From an uncultured Actinomycetes bacterium (GTDB lineage: Bacteria; Actinomycetota; Thermoleophilia; UBA2241): 41,676 nt of DNA. The notes below the pieces were generated by a model that had not been told where the DNA came from, did no database searches, and was given only the letters and a program-made list of their open reading frames with translations. The position numbers and the translations under genes were made by a program. The DNA lies in the NCBI GenBank assembly GCA_963755025.1, contig CAVWIH010000007.1:1-41676 (forward strand), read 5' to 3'. Positions 10,198-19,964 of the stretch are shown here, piece after piece; position 1 is the stretch's first letter; each line of letters begins with the position of its first letter.

Positions 10198-10490
10198 GCG
10201 CGCGGCGAAGCCACGCATGCCTGAGCGGCGACAACGGATTCCTTTCGACGGACCAGGCGCGCAGCGAAGCCACGCATGCCTGAGCGGCGACGACGAAGTC
10301 GATCGACGGACTAGGCGCGCAGCGAAGCCAGGCATGACCGAGCGGCGACAACGGATTCCATTCGACGGACCAGGCGCGCAGCGAAGCCACGCCTGCCTGA
10401 GCGGCGACGACGAAGTCGATCGACGGACTAGGCGCGCGGCGAACTCACGCATGCCTGAGCGGAGACGACGAAGTCAATCGACCTACTAGG
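10193..10490. repeat. Tandem array of five 58/59-bp units plus a 6-bp partial unit
   Basis: Units start at 10193, 10252, 10310, 10369, 10427 (partial at 10485). Core AC(T/C)AGGCGCGC(A/G)GCGAAGCCACGCATGCCTGAGCGGCGAC, followed by alternating tails AACGGATTCC(T/A)TTCGACGG and GACGAAGTCGATCGACGG. Confidence 0.97.
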
Positions 10491-10501
10491 AGGGTCTTGA
10501 C

Positions 10502-11888
10502 GTGAGCGCTCACCAGCCGGGCGGCGCAGCTCCCCGGCGCCTCGTCATTCTCGGCGCGACCGGGTCGATCGGCCGTCAGGCCATCGACGTGCTGCGCGCG
10601 CTGCCCGACATCGCGGTCGTCGGTCTGGTCGCCGGGCGCGACGCCGAAGGCCTGCTGGCGGCGGCCGCCGAGGTGGCCGGGCTCGCGGCGGCCGCTCCCC
10701 GGGCCGCGGCCGGCGCCCCGGCGCTCGCCCTGTACGACGCTGCGGCGGCAGCAAGCGCAGCGACGCGCGGCGCAGGGCGCGTCATGGCCGGCGACGAGGG
10801 CATCGCCGAGCTCATCGCCGCCGCCGGGCACGACGCCGCGCAGGCCGGCGCCGAGCTCATCGTCCTGAACGGCATCGTCGGCGCCGCCGGCCTGCGCGCC
10901 AGCCTCGCCACCCTGGCCGCCGGCGCCACGCTGGCCCTCGCCAACAAGGAGAGCATGGTGGCCGGCGGGCCCTTCGTGCTGGCCGCGGCGCGCGCCGCAG
11001 GCGCGCGCATCATCCCGGTCGACAGCGAGCACAGCGCCATCTTCCAATGCCTCGAAGGCGGCCGCTGGGGAGCGGGGAGGATGGGCGTCGAGGGCGCCGC
11101 GGCGCTGGCCGGCACGCCGGCCGCCAACGCGGCGGCCGCCGCCGACAGGCCGGCCCACGACCCGTTGCTGCACGCCGAAGAGATCCTGCTCGACCGGTTC
11201 CGGCGGTCCCTTTCGCGGCCGCACGGCCGCCGAGCTTGCCACCGTGACCGCCGCGCAGGCCCTCAAGCACCCGAACTGGGTCATGGGCCCCAAGGTGACG
11301 ATCGACTCGGCCACCCTCATGAACAAAGGGCTCGAGGTGATCGAAGCCCACGAGCTCTTCGGCGTGCCCTACGACGCCGTGCGCGTGGTCGTGCACCCCC
11401 AGTCGATCGTGCACTCGCTCGTGCGCTTCTCCGACGGCGCCGTGCTGGCCCACCTCGGCGTGCCCGACATGCGCACGCCGATCGGCTATGCGTTGAGCTG
11501 GCCCAATCGGGCGGCCCTGCCCATGGTGCCGCCGCTCGACCTGTTCGCTCGCGACCTCGCCTTTGCCGAACCCGACACCGCCACGTTCCGCTGTCTCGCC
11601 CTGGCGCGCGCCGCCGGCGAAGCCGCCGCGCGCGCCTGGGCCGGCCGCACGCCCGGCAGCGGCGGCGGCGGCGCGGGCGCCGCCGCGCCCATCGCCCTGA
11701 ACGCCGCCGGCGAGGTCGCCGTGCAGGCGTTCCTCGACGGGCGCATCGGCTTCTTGGCGATCGCCGACGTGGTCGAACGCGTGCTCGAGCGCTGCGCCGA
11801 CGCGCCCATCGCCGACCTTGGGGCGGTCTTCGACTGCGACGCCGAGGCGCGCCGCGCGGCCGGCGAAGCCGTCCGCGCGGCGCGCTAG
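10502..11888 (+). CDS. dxr: 1-deoxy-D-xylulose-5-phosphate reductoisomerase; frameshift near 11190, Ala-rich insertions
   Basis: [36 protein letters not shown], then TGSGGPFR...[31 protein letters not shown]. Confidence 0.95.
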
Positions 11889-12220
11889 CCGGTGCAGGGT
11901 GCGCGTTACCGCGGCCGGGGCGGGCCCGGTGCGGCGCCGACCGTCACCGCGAGAACGGAGTCTGCGCAGGCGTCGTCTTTTGCGCGTCGAACGCCGCGGC
12001 TCAGGGAAGGCTTGCCTTGCAAGCGACAGAGATCTCGCGCGCCTGCCGATACGTGGTGTGCGGTCCCGGAACCGTGGCCCTCAGCGTGAGGGAGATCCTC
12101 TCAGCGCCTTCTCAGGATCGGCGGGTACGGTGTCATGGAGGGCGGATGCCGAGAGACACCCGCAAGAGTGTCGTGAGACGGCTGCGAAAGGCGTGAGGTC
12201 GTAGTGCAAGCGAGCGAGTC

Positions 12221-13384
12221 ATGAGTGTGACCACCCCACGAAGGCTGGCCGACGCGCCAGAGGCGGAGCGCCGCGGGCCGTCGCCTTGGGGCGCCCTCAT
12301 GCTCGCCGTGATCGTCGTGCTGGTGATCACCGGCCACTGGACGCTGGTCGTGGCGGTCCTCGGGCTGGCGGCGCTGATCTTCGTGCACGAGCTCGGCCAC
12401 TTCGTGGCCGCCAAGGCGTTCCACATGCGCGTCGAGCGCTTCTACATCGGCTTTCCGCCGGCCGTGGTCAAACGGACCTGGGGCGAGACCGAGTACGGCA
12501 TCGGCTCCATCCCGCTCGGCGGCTTCTGCAAGATCTCGGGCATGACCCCCGACGAGAAGCTGCCCGACGACGTCGTGCCTCGGGCCTACATGAGCAAGCC
12601 GGTCTGGCAGCGCAACATCACGATCTTCGCCGGACCGTTCATGAACTTCGTGGCTGCGCTGGCCATCATGTTCGTCTTCATCCAGGTCGGCGGCGTCCAG
12701 CACCCCACGCTGACCCTGGCGACGGTCGTCAAGGGCACGCCCGCGGCCAGCGCCGGCCTGAAGGCCGGCGACCGCCTGGTCTCGGCCGACGGCGTCGCCT
12801 TGCGCACCTGGGACCAGACGACGTCGTTCTTTGAATCGCGCCCGCACAAGACCGTGAGGCTCGTCTACACTACGCCCGGCGGTCAGCAGCGCGCGGTGAG
12901 CGTCAGGCTCGCCACGCGAACCGGCGCGCCCAGCCAGGGCTTCCTCGGGGTCGGTCCGCACACCTACGCGACCTACCCGGCGCCGTGGCGCGCGGTCGGC
13001 CTGGCCGCCTCGCAGACCTGGGGCATCGTGACCTCGACCTTCAGGGGCTTCGCCTTGCTCTTCAGCGGCAAGATCAACCCCGCCGGGCCCGACGGCGCAG
13101 CAGGCCCGGTCGGCATCCTCTCGGTCTCGCAGACCGCCGTGCGGCAGAGCTGGTATCCGATCCTGCTCGCCTTCCTGTCGGTCAACCTGGGCATCGTCAA
13201 CCTGTTGCCCTTCCTGCCCTTCGACGGCGGCCACATCTTCTTCAACGTCGTCGAGAGCGTACGCGGCCGGCGAGTCGCGCCGCGCGTGTTCGAGCGAGCC
13301 ATCGCCGTCGGCGTCGTGGTGCTGATCACGCTCTTCATCCTGCTCACCTACAATGACCTGCACCGCATCTTCCACTTCGGCTGA
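12221..13384 (+). CDS. rseP: RseP/M50 intramembrane zinc metalloprotease with PDZ domain
   Basis: FVHELGHF, IPLGGFCKI, AGPFMNF, PAASAGLKAGD, NLLPFLPFDGGH. Confidence 0.95.
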   Translation: MSVTTPRRLADAPEAERRGPSPWGALMLAVIVVLVITGHWTLVVAVLGLAALIFVHELGHFVAAKAFHMRVERFYIGFPPAVVKRTWGETEYGIGSIPLGGFCKISGMTPDEKLPDDVVPRAYMSKPVWQRNITIFAGPFMNFVAALAIMFVFIQVGGVQHPTLTLATVVKGTPAASAGLKAGDRLVSADGVALRTWDQTTSFFESRPHKTVRLVYTTPGGQQRAVSVRLATRTGAPSQGFLGVGPHTYATYPAPWRAVGLAASQTWGIVTSTFRGFALLFSGKINPAGPDGAAGPVGILSVSQTAVRQSWYPILLAFLSVNLGIVNLLPFLPFDGGHIFFNVVESVRGRRVAPRVFERAIAVGVVVLITLFILLTYNDLHRIFHFG

Positions 13385-13447
13385 GCCTCGGCGCCGGCCG
13401 CCCGGCCGTCGCGCGCACGCTCTTCGCAAGAAGTCCCCGCAGACCCC

Positions 13448-13475
13448 TCCAGCAAGCCCGCCTTTGCGCCGATGA
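13448..13475 (+). promoter_or_regulatory. Putative sigma-28 (WhiG-type) promoter of the rfbF operon
   Basis: TCCAG-N15-GCCGATGA. Confidence 0.4.
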
Positions 13476-13622
13476 GTAGAGGGTTCGTCGCGCCGTCGCC
13501 GTAACCAGAGCAGACAACGGCGGCGCTCGCCGGGCGCGCGCTCCCCAGGGAGAGGGGCCGCCGCCCCGCGCGCGACGGACGCCGAACAGCAGCAGTCCAT
13601 CGACGTACTCTGGAGGCTGAAC

Positions 13623-14393
13623 GTGAAGGTCGTGATCCTGGCGGGCGGATTGGGCACGCGCCTCTCCGAAGAGACGCAGGTCAGGCCCAAGCCCATGGCC
13701 GAGGTCGGCGGCCACCCGTTGCTCTGGCACATCATGAAGATCTACGGCCACTACGGCTTTACCGAGTTCGTCGTGTGCCTGGGCTACAAGGGCTACGTGA
13801 TCAAGGAGTACTTCGCCAACTACTTCCTGCACAACGCGAACGTCACGTTCGACCTGCGGGGACGCTCGATGGAGGTCCACGACGGCAAAGTCGAGCCCTG
13901 GCGGGTGACGCTCGTCGACACCGGCGCCGACACGCAGACCGGTGGGCGCATCAAGCGCGTGGCCGAGCACCTCGCCGGCGAGACCTTTCTGCTCACCTAC
14001 GGCGACGGCGTGGCCGACGTCGACATCGCGGCGCTGCTCGCCTGCCACCGCGCCCACGGCCGCTTGGCCACCGTCACCGCGGTCCAGCCGCTGGGGCGCT
14101 TCGGCGCCCTCGAGCTCGACGGCGACCAGCGGGTCACCTCGTTCACCGAAAAGCCGGCCGGCGACGGCGCCTGGGTGAACGGCGGCTTCTTCGTGCTCGA
14201 ACCGGGCGCGCTCGACTACATCGCGGGCGACGGCACCTACTTCGAGCGCGAGCCGCTCGAGCGGCTGGCCCGCGACGGCGAGCTGCGCGCCTACCGCCAC
14301 CGCGGCTTCTGGCAGCCCATGGACGTCCTGCGCGACAAAAACCATCTCGAAGAGCTCTGGCAGTCGGGCGCGGCGCCGTGGAGAGTCTGGTGA
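13623..14393 (+). CDS. rfbF: Glucose-1-phosphate cytidylyltransferase
   Basis: GGAGG RBS; [59 protein letters not shown]. Confidence 0.96.
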   Translation: MKVVILAGGLGTRLSEETQVRPKPMAEVGGHPLLWHIMKIYGHYGFTEFVVCLGYKGYVIKEYFANYFLHNANVTFDLRGRSMEVHDGKVEPWRVTLVDTGADTQTGGRIKRVAEHLAGETFLLTYGDGVADVDIAALLACHRAHGRLATVTAVQPLGRFGALELDGDQRVTSFTEKPAGDGAWVNGGFFVLEPGALDYIAGDGTYFEREPLERLARDGELRAYRHRGFWQPMDVLRDKNHLEELWQSGAAPWRVW

Positions 14394-15550
14394 GCCGCGC
14401 GGGCACGCACGACCCAGACTCGATCGCGGCGACGTTCGAGGGCGCCTACGCCGGCCGCCGCGTGCTGGTGACCGGCGACACCGGCTTCAAGGGCTCGTGG
14501 CTCTGCGCCTGGCTCGAACGCCTCGGGGCCGTCGTCGGCGGGTATGCCCTGGAGCCGCCGACCGATCCCAGCCTGTTCGAGCTCCTCGGCCTGCGCGACG
14601 GCGTCGACCACGTGGCCGGCGACGTGCGCGACGCGGCCGCCCTTGCTGCGGCCGTCGCCGCCTTTGCGCCCGAGGTCGTCTTTCACCTGGCCGCGCAACC
14701 GCTCGTGCGATTCTCGTACGCCGACCCCCGAGGCACGTTCGAGAGCAACGTGATGGGCGTCGTCGATCTGTTCGAAGCCGTGCGCACCTGCCCCTCGGTG
14801 CGCGCCGTGGTGAACGTGACCAGCGACAAATGTTACGAGAACGACGAGACGGCCACCCCCTTCGCCGAGACCGCGGCGCTCGGTGGCCGCGACCCGTACA
14901 GCGCGAGCAAAGGGTGCTCCGAGCTCGTCACGGCGGCCTACCGGCGCAGCTTCTTCGGCCCAGGCGTGCCGGTGTGCGTGGCCAGCGCCCGAGCCGGCAA
15001 CGTGATCGGTGGGGGAGACTGGGCGAGCGACCGCCTGGTGCCCGACTGTGTCAGGGCGCTGCGCCGCGGCGATGAGGTCGTCGTGCGCCACCCCGGCGCC
15101 GTGCGGCCCTGGCAGCACGTGCTTGAGTCGTTGGCAGGTTATCTCTGGCTGGGCGCCCGGCTGCTGGGCGACGGTCACGCCCGCGACGGCGCCTGGAACT
15201 TCGGCCCGTCCGGCGCGGCCAGCCTGGCGGTCGCCGACGTCGTGGCCGCCTTTCTGTCTGCGTGGGGCGGCGGCTCGTGGCGCGCCGCCGCCGCGGGGCC
15301 TGAGCCCCACGAAGCGGCGCTGCTCCTGCTCGACAGCGCCAAGGCGCGCGACGAGCTCGGCCTGACCGGCGTCTGGGACGTACGCACGGCGATCGCGCGC
15401 ACGGCGGCCTGGTACAAGGCGTGGGCCGACGGCGCCGCCGACCCGCGCGCGCTGGTCGATGCCGACATCTCCGCGTTCGTGACCGCCGCCCGCGCCCTGG
15501 GGCTGCCCTGGGCGACCGTTACCGCGGCCACGCCGGCCGGTGCGTCGTGA
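14390..15550 (+). CDS. rfbG: CDP-glucose 4,6-dehydratase
   Basis: [62 protein letters not shown]. Confidence 0.96.
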   Translation: MSRAGTHDPDSIAATFEGAYAGRRVLVTGDTGFKGSWLCAWLERLGAVVGGYALEPPTDPSLFELLGLRDGVDHVAGDVRDAAALAAAVAAFAPEVVFHLAAQPLVRFSYADPRGTFESNVMGVVDLFEAVRTCPSVRAVVNVTSDKCYENDETATPFAETAALGGRDPYSASKGCSELVTAAYRRSFFGPGVPVCVASARAGNVIGGGDWASDRLVPDCVRALRRGDEVVVRHPGAVRPWQHVLESLAGYLWLGARLLGDGHARDGAWNFGPSGAASLAVADVVAAFLSAWGGGSWRAAAAGPEPHEAALLLLDSAKARDELGLTGVWDVRTAIARTAAWYKAWADGAADPRALVDADISAFVTAARALGLPWATVTAATPAGAS

Positions 15551-16920
15551 GCACGGCCGACGAGCTGCGCGAGCAGATCATGGCCCTGGTCGAGCGCTAC
15601 TACCACGAGGCCTTCGGCTCGGCCGAGCTCGCCGCTCCCGGCACCACGCCGCAGGCCTTCGAGCCGGGCGCGTCGCGGGTGCCCTACGGCGGCCGCGTCT
15701 TCGGCGCCGACGAGCTCGCCAACCTGGTCGACGCCTCGCTCGAGTTCTGGCTCACTCACGGGCGCTACGCGGCGCGTTTCGAGCGCGAGCTCTCCGAACT
15801 GCTGGGCGTGCGTCACTGCCTGCTCACGAACTCCGGTTCGTCGGCTAACCTCCTGGCGTTCATGGCGCTCACCAGCGAGCGTCTCGGCGCGCGCCGTGTG
15901 GCGCCAGGCGACGAGGTCATCACCGTGGCGGCCGGATTCCCTACGACGGTGGCGCCCATCGTGCAGTACGGCGCCGTGCCGGTGTTCGTCGACGTCGAGC
16001 TCGACACCGCCAACGTCGCCACGGCGCTCCTGCCCGCCGCCCTCGGACCGCGCACCAAGGCGGTGTTCCTGGCGCACACCCTGGGCAATCCCTTCGACGT
16101 GCAGGCCGTGCTCGAGTTCTGCCGGGCCCACGACCTGTGGCTGATCGAAGACAACTGCGACGCCCTGGGCTCGCGCTTCGACGGCCGCCCGACCGGCGCC
16201 TTCGGCGACATCGCGACCAGCAGCTTCTACCCGCCGCACCACCTCACCATGGGCGAGGGCGGCGCCGTGTACACGAGCAACGATGAGCTCGCTACCATCG
16301 CCGCCTCGCTGCGCGACTGGGGCCGCGACTGCACCTGCCCTCCGGGGGTCGACGACCGCTGCGGCCGGCGCTTCTCGCGCGACGCCGGCGAGCTGCCCCA
16401 CGGCTACGACCACAAGTACGTCTACTCGCAGTTCGGCTACAACCTGCACGCGACCGACCTGCAGGCCGCGGTGGGCTGCGCGCAACTCCCACGGCTCGCC
16501 GCGTTCACCGCACGCCGGCGCGCCAATCACGCCCGCCTGGCCGCCGCGCTGGCGCCGCTCGGCGACCTTCTCGTGCTGCCGCGCGCGACCCCCGGCAGCG
16601 AGCCGAGCTGGTTCGGGTTCCTGCTGACGCTGCGCGACGAGGCGCGGGCGAGAGGGGTGTCGCGCGACGCGGTCGTGCGCCGCCTCGAGGCCGCCCACGT
16701 CCAGACGCGCATGCTCTTCGCCGGCAACATCGTGCGCCAGCCGTGCTTCGACCCGCTGCGCGCCGCGGGCGGCGGTTATCGGGTCGCCTCTGCGCTCGAC
16801 TCTACCGACCGGCTCATGAACGACGCCTTCTGGGTCGGGGTCTATCCCGGCCTCACCGCCGAGATGATCGACTACGTGGCCGCCCAGATCACGACCTGCT
16901 GCCGCGGAGACGAGAGATGA
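15547..16920 (+). CDS. rfbH: CDP-4-keto-6-deoxyglucose 3-dehydratase (E1, RfbH/DdhC)
   Basis: NSGSSANLLAF, AHTLGNPF, EDNCDALG, SFYPPHHLTMGEGG (His-His in place of the Schiff-base Lys), RDWGRDCTCPPG, YDHKYVYS. Confidence 0.95.
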   Translation: MSTADELREQIMALVERYYHEAFGSAELAAPGTTPQAFEPGASRVPYGGRVFGADELANLVDASLEFWLTHGRYAARFERELSELLGVRHCLLTNSGSSANLLAFMALTSERLGARRVAPGDEVITVAAGFPTTVAPIVQYGAVPVFVDVELDTANVATALLPAALGPRTKAVFLAHTLGNPFDVQAVLEFCRAHDLWLIEDNCDALGSRFDGRPTGAFGDIATSSFYPPHHLTMGEGGAVYTSNDELATIAASLRDWGRDCTCPPGVDDRCGRRFSRDAGELPHGYDHKYVYSQFGYNLHATDLQAAVGCAQLPRLAAFTARRRANHARLAAALAPLGDLLVLPRATPGSEPSWFGFLLTLRDEARARGVSRDAVVRRLEAAHVQTRMLFAGNIVRQPCFDPLRAAGGGYRVASALDSTDRLMNDAFWVGVYPGLTAEMIDYVAAQITTCCRGDER

Positions 16921-16981
16921 CGCTCGCTCCGGCCGCCGGAGGCGACGCGCGCTTCCTGGGGCCGCGCGACGGCGCGACGCC

Positions 16982-18394
16982 ATGACACCGGCAACGCCGC
17001 AGCCAGACGTCGCCTCCGGCGCCCAAAGCCCGCCCGACGGCCTGCGGGCCGTGGCCCACCTGACCGTCGGGGCGTTCGTGCGCGGCGACGACCTCGACCC
17101 CCGTCAGCGCGACGGCGGCGCCCAGGTGCGCCTGCTGGGGCTGCTCGTGCTGCTGGTGACGCCGGCGGCCTTCGCCTACCACGCCGTCATGCACGCCCTG
17201 TTCCCCTACACGTTCTCGCTGCCGTCGTTTCTGTTCGACCCCTTCTGGCGGTTCAACGACTACTTCGAGCCGTACCTCGTGGCCCGCATGTATCGCCCGC
17301 CCGACGGCACCAACACGGTGTACTCGCCGCTCATGCACCTGTTCATGACGTGCCTCACGGTCGCCCCGTCGGTCGTCGGGCTGACGCTTGTCTTCGCCGT
17401 GTTCGGCGCGTCGCTCGTAGCCCTGCTCTGGTCCGGCGTGACCGCTCGCGTGGGCTCGCGGCGCCTGCGTCAGATCTACGTGGCGCTCTTCTGCGCGCTG
17501 TCGTACCCGGTGCTGTTCCTGGCCGATCGAGCCAACCTCGAGATGCTGGTCTTCGCGCTGCTCGCCGCCTTCGTCTGGCTCTACTACTGGCGGGGCTCGC
17601 GCTGGGCGTTCCTGCCTCTCGCCCTGGCCGTCGCCGCCAAGTACTACGCCGTGGTGCTGGTCGTGATCCTGGTCGCCGAGCGGCGCTGGCGGCAACTCGT
17701 CCTGTGTCTGGTGACCGCCTTCGTCGTCGAGGCGGCGGCCACCGTCGCGCTGAGCGCGGTCTCAGGTTTCACGATCACCCAGGTCATCGCCAACACCGTG
17801 CACACCTTGCGGGCCGGCGACGACGGCGGCTCCCCGAGCGGCGTGTGGTTCTCGCACAACCTCGTCGGGGCGTTCGCCCTCGCCGACCGGCTGACCGGCT
17901 ACGGGCTGCAGGTCGGCGGCTTCCATCTCGCGCTGGACATCTTCACAGTCGGTGTCTTCGCCATGGTCGTGCTCCGCGTCTGCCTGTACGAGATGCCTGC
18001 CTGGAAGCGCCTGGCGGCGCTGGTCGTCTGCATGACCGTCCTGGCCCCCGAAAGTCGCGACTACACGCTCATCCACCTGTTCCTGCCGCTCGCCCTGATC
18101 GGCCGCGACGGGTTCCGCTGCCCGCACCGCTGGCCCATCGCGGCCCTCTTCGGCCTGCTGCTGGTGCCCATGGCCTGGGTGCCCTACCAGACGCGCTTGC
18201 TGCCGCCCCACTCGTGGTTGAACTTCTCGATGATCATCTACCCGACGGTGCTGCTCGTGCTGCTCCTCGTCATCCTCTCGACAGGCGTCACGGCCAGGGA
18301 GCCGCGGCGGCGGGCCCTCGACACCGACGCCGCACGGCTCGGCGAGAATGCCGCTGAGGTGCTTGCGCGGCCCGTCCCGGGGTCGGGGGCATGA
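16982..18394 (+). CDS. Polytopic membrane glycosyltransferase (GT87/DUF2029-like, GT-C)
   Basis: Many hydrophobic segments; RFNDY, YSP, SYPVLFLADRANLEML, ALAVAAKYY, DYTLIHL pattern. Confidence 0.65.
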   Translation: MTPATPQPDVASGAQSPPDGLRAVAHLTVGAFVRGDDLDPRQRDGGAQVRLLGLLVLLVTPAAFAYHAVMHALFPYTFSLPSFLFDPFWRFNDYFEPYLVARMYRPPDGTNTVYSPLMHLFMTCLTVAPSVVGLTLVFAVFGASLVALLWSGVTARVGSRRLRQIYVALFCALSYPVLFLADRANLEMLVFALLAAFVWLYYWRGSRWAFLPLALAVAAKYYAVVLVVILVAERRWRQLVLCLVTAFVVEAAATVALSAVSGFTITQVIANTVHTLRAGDDGGSPSGVWFSHNLVGAFALADRLTGYGLQVGGFHLALDIFTVGVFAMVVLRVCLYEMPAWKRLAALVVCMTVLAPESRDYTLIHLFLPLALIGRDGFRCPHRWPIAALFGLLLVPMAWVPYQTRLLPPHSWLNFSMIIYPTVLLVLLLVILSTGVTAREPRRRALDTDAARLGENAAEVLARPVPGSGA

Positions 18395-18837
18395 CCCTGG
18401 CGGCGCGAGCCCTGGCGTTCGCCCGACGCCGTCGCGAACAGCTCCTCTACCTCGTCGTGGGGCTCTGGAACACGCTGTTCGGCTACGCTGCGTTCGCCCT
18501 GCTCTACCACGTGCTGCACGACACGGCAGGGGTCTCCAGGACCCCGGCGTCGATGACCGCGCTGATCATCGCCACCATCCTGGGTGTCGCCAACAACTAC
18601 GTGCTGTACCGCACCGTCGTCTTTCGCAGCCACGGCGACGTGCGCCGTGAACTGCCGCGGTTCCTCGCGGTCTACGCCGTCGTGCTCGCGGTCAATCTCG
18701 TCGCGCTCCCCGTAGCGCTGCACGAGCTGCCGTTCAGCCCCTACGTGATCCAGGCCGCCTACACCGTCCTTGTCGTGGTCACGACCTACGTCGCCAACAA
18801 GTACTTCAGCTTCGCCGCGAAGGGCGCGCTCTCGTGA
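18391..18837 (+). CDS. GtrA-family lipid-sugar flippase
   Basis: 148 aa, four TM segments, YLVVGLWNTLFG, NNYVLYRTVVFRS, YVANKYFSF. Confidence 0.9.
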   Translation: MTLAARALAFARRRREQLLYLVVGLWNTLFGYAAFALLYHVLHDTAGVSRTPASMTALIIATILGVANNYVLYRTVVFRSHGDVRRELPRFLAVYAVVLAVNLVALPVALHELPFSPYVIQAAYTVLVVVTTYVANKYFSFAAKGALS

Positions 18838-18850
18838 CGGCGCGCCGCCC

Positions 18851-18878
18851 TAACAAAACGGGCGGTGTAAGCCGATAG
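18851..18878 (+). promoter_or_regulatory. Putative sigma-28 promoter upstream of the GT2 gene
   Basis: TAACA-N15-GCCGATAG. Confidence 0.45.
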
Positions 18879-18976
18879 GACAACGGAGGGTCCGCCGTGC
18901 GCCACGCGACGCAAGCGTCGTCAAAGGCGCCCGGCGACCGGAAGACCGCCGAGCGTCGAAGGGACTTCTGCAAACG

Positions 18977-19909
18977 ATGCCGTTCATCAGCGTGGTTACG
19001 GGTTGTTTCAACGAAGAGGGCAACGTGCGCGAGCTGTACGAGCGCGTGCGCGCCGTGATCGAGGCGCTGCCCGACTACACCTACGAACACCTCTTTATCG
19101 ACAACGCATCGACCGACGGCACCGTCGCCGTCCTGCGCGAGCTCGCCGACGCCGACGCGCGCGTGCGCGTGATCGTCAACACGCGTAACTTCGGCCACCT
19201 GCGCTCGCCGCACCACGCCATGCTGCAGGCGAGCGGCGAAGCCGTGATCTACATCGTCGCCGACCTGCAGGACCCACCCGAGCTGATCGCCGACTTCCTC
19301 GCCAAGTGGCGGGAGGGCTACAAGGTCGTGGTCGGGGTGCGTTCGGCGAGCGAGGAGCACGCGCCCATGCGCTGGGTGCGTAGCGCCTACTACGCCGTGA
19401 TCGAACGCCTCTCCGAGGTGCCGCTCGTGCGCAACTTCACCGGCTTCGGCCTCTACGACCGCGAGGTCATGGCCAAGGTGCGCGAGATCGACGACCCGTA
19501 CCCCTACTTTCGCGGCATGATCTGCGACCTGGGCTACAAGCGCGCCGAGATCAGCTACTACCAGCCGGCGCGCAAGCACGGCCTGACCAAGAACAACAGC
19601 TACACGCTCTACGACCTCGCCATGCTGGGCGTCACCAACCACTCCAAGGTGCCGCTGCGCCTGGCCACCATGGCCGGCTTCCTGCTGGCCAGCCTGGCCA
19701 TGGGAGTGTCGATCATCTACCTCGTCATGAAGCTCATCTTCTGGCACACCTTCGACTTCGGCCTGGCTCCCGTGCTCATCGGCATCTACTTCTTCGGCGC
19801 CGTGCAGCTGCTGTTCATCGGCATCGTGGGCGAGTACATCGGGGCCATCCATACCCAGGTCTACCATCGCCCGCTGGTCGTCGAGAAGGAGCGCATCAAT
19901 TTCGACTGA
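18977..19909 (+). CDS. GT2 polyprenyl-phosphate glycosyltransferase (GtrB-like)
   Basis: CFNEEGNV, FIDNASTDGT, NTRNFGH, ADLQDPPELI, two C-terminal TMs, GIVGEYIGAI...RP. Confidence 0.92.
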   Translation: MPFISVVTGCFNEEGNVRELYERVRAVIEALPDYTYEHLFIDNASTDGTVAVLRELADADARVRVIVNTRNFGHLRSPHHAMLQASGEAVIYIVADLQDPPELIADFLAKWREGYKVVVGVRSASEEHAPMRWVRSAYYAVIERLSEVPLVRNFTGFGLYDREVMAKVREIDDPYPYFRGMICDLGYKRAEISYYQPARKHGLTKNNSYTLYDLAMLGVTNHSKVPLRLATMAGFLLASLAMGVSIIYLVMKLIFWHTFDFGLAPVLIGIYFFGAVQLLFIGIVGEYIGAIHTQVYHRPLVVEKERINFD

Positions 19910-19964
19910 GGACGTCGAGGCTGGCTTCCCCGGCAGACGGCGGCGCTTAGCGCCGCCGTCCCTG

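Noticed and set aside
10193-10490. CRISPR array
   Set aside because: The variable parts recur (A-B-A-B) instead of being unique spacers, they are under 20 bp, and there are no cas genes in the window.
9414-11888. Programmed frameshifting or pseudogenisation of cdsA and dxr
   Set aside because: Single indels with no slippery sequence in normally essential genes, in a window with many indels; sequencing error is more likely.
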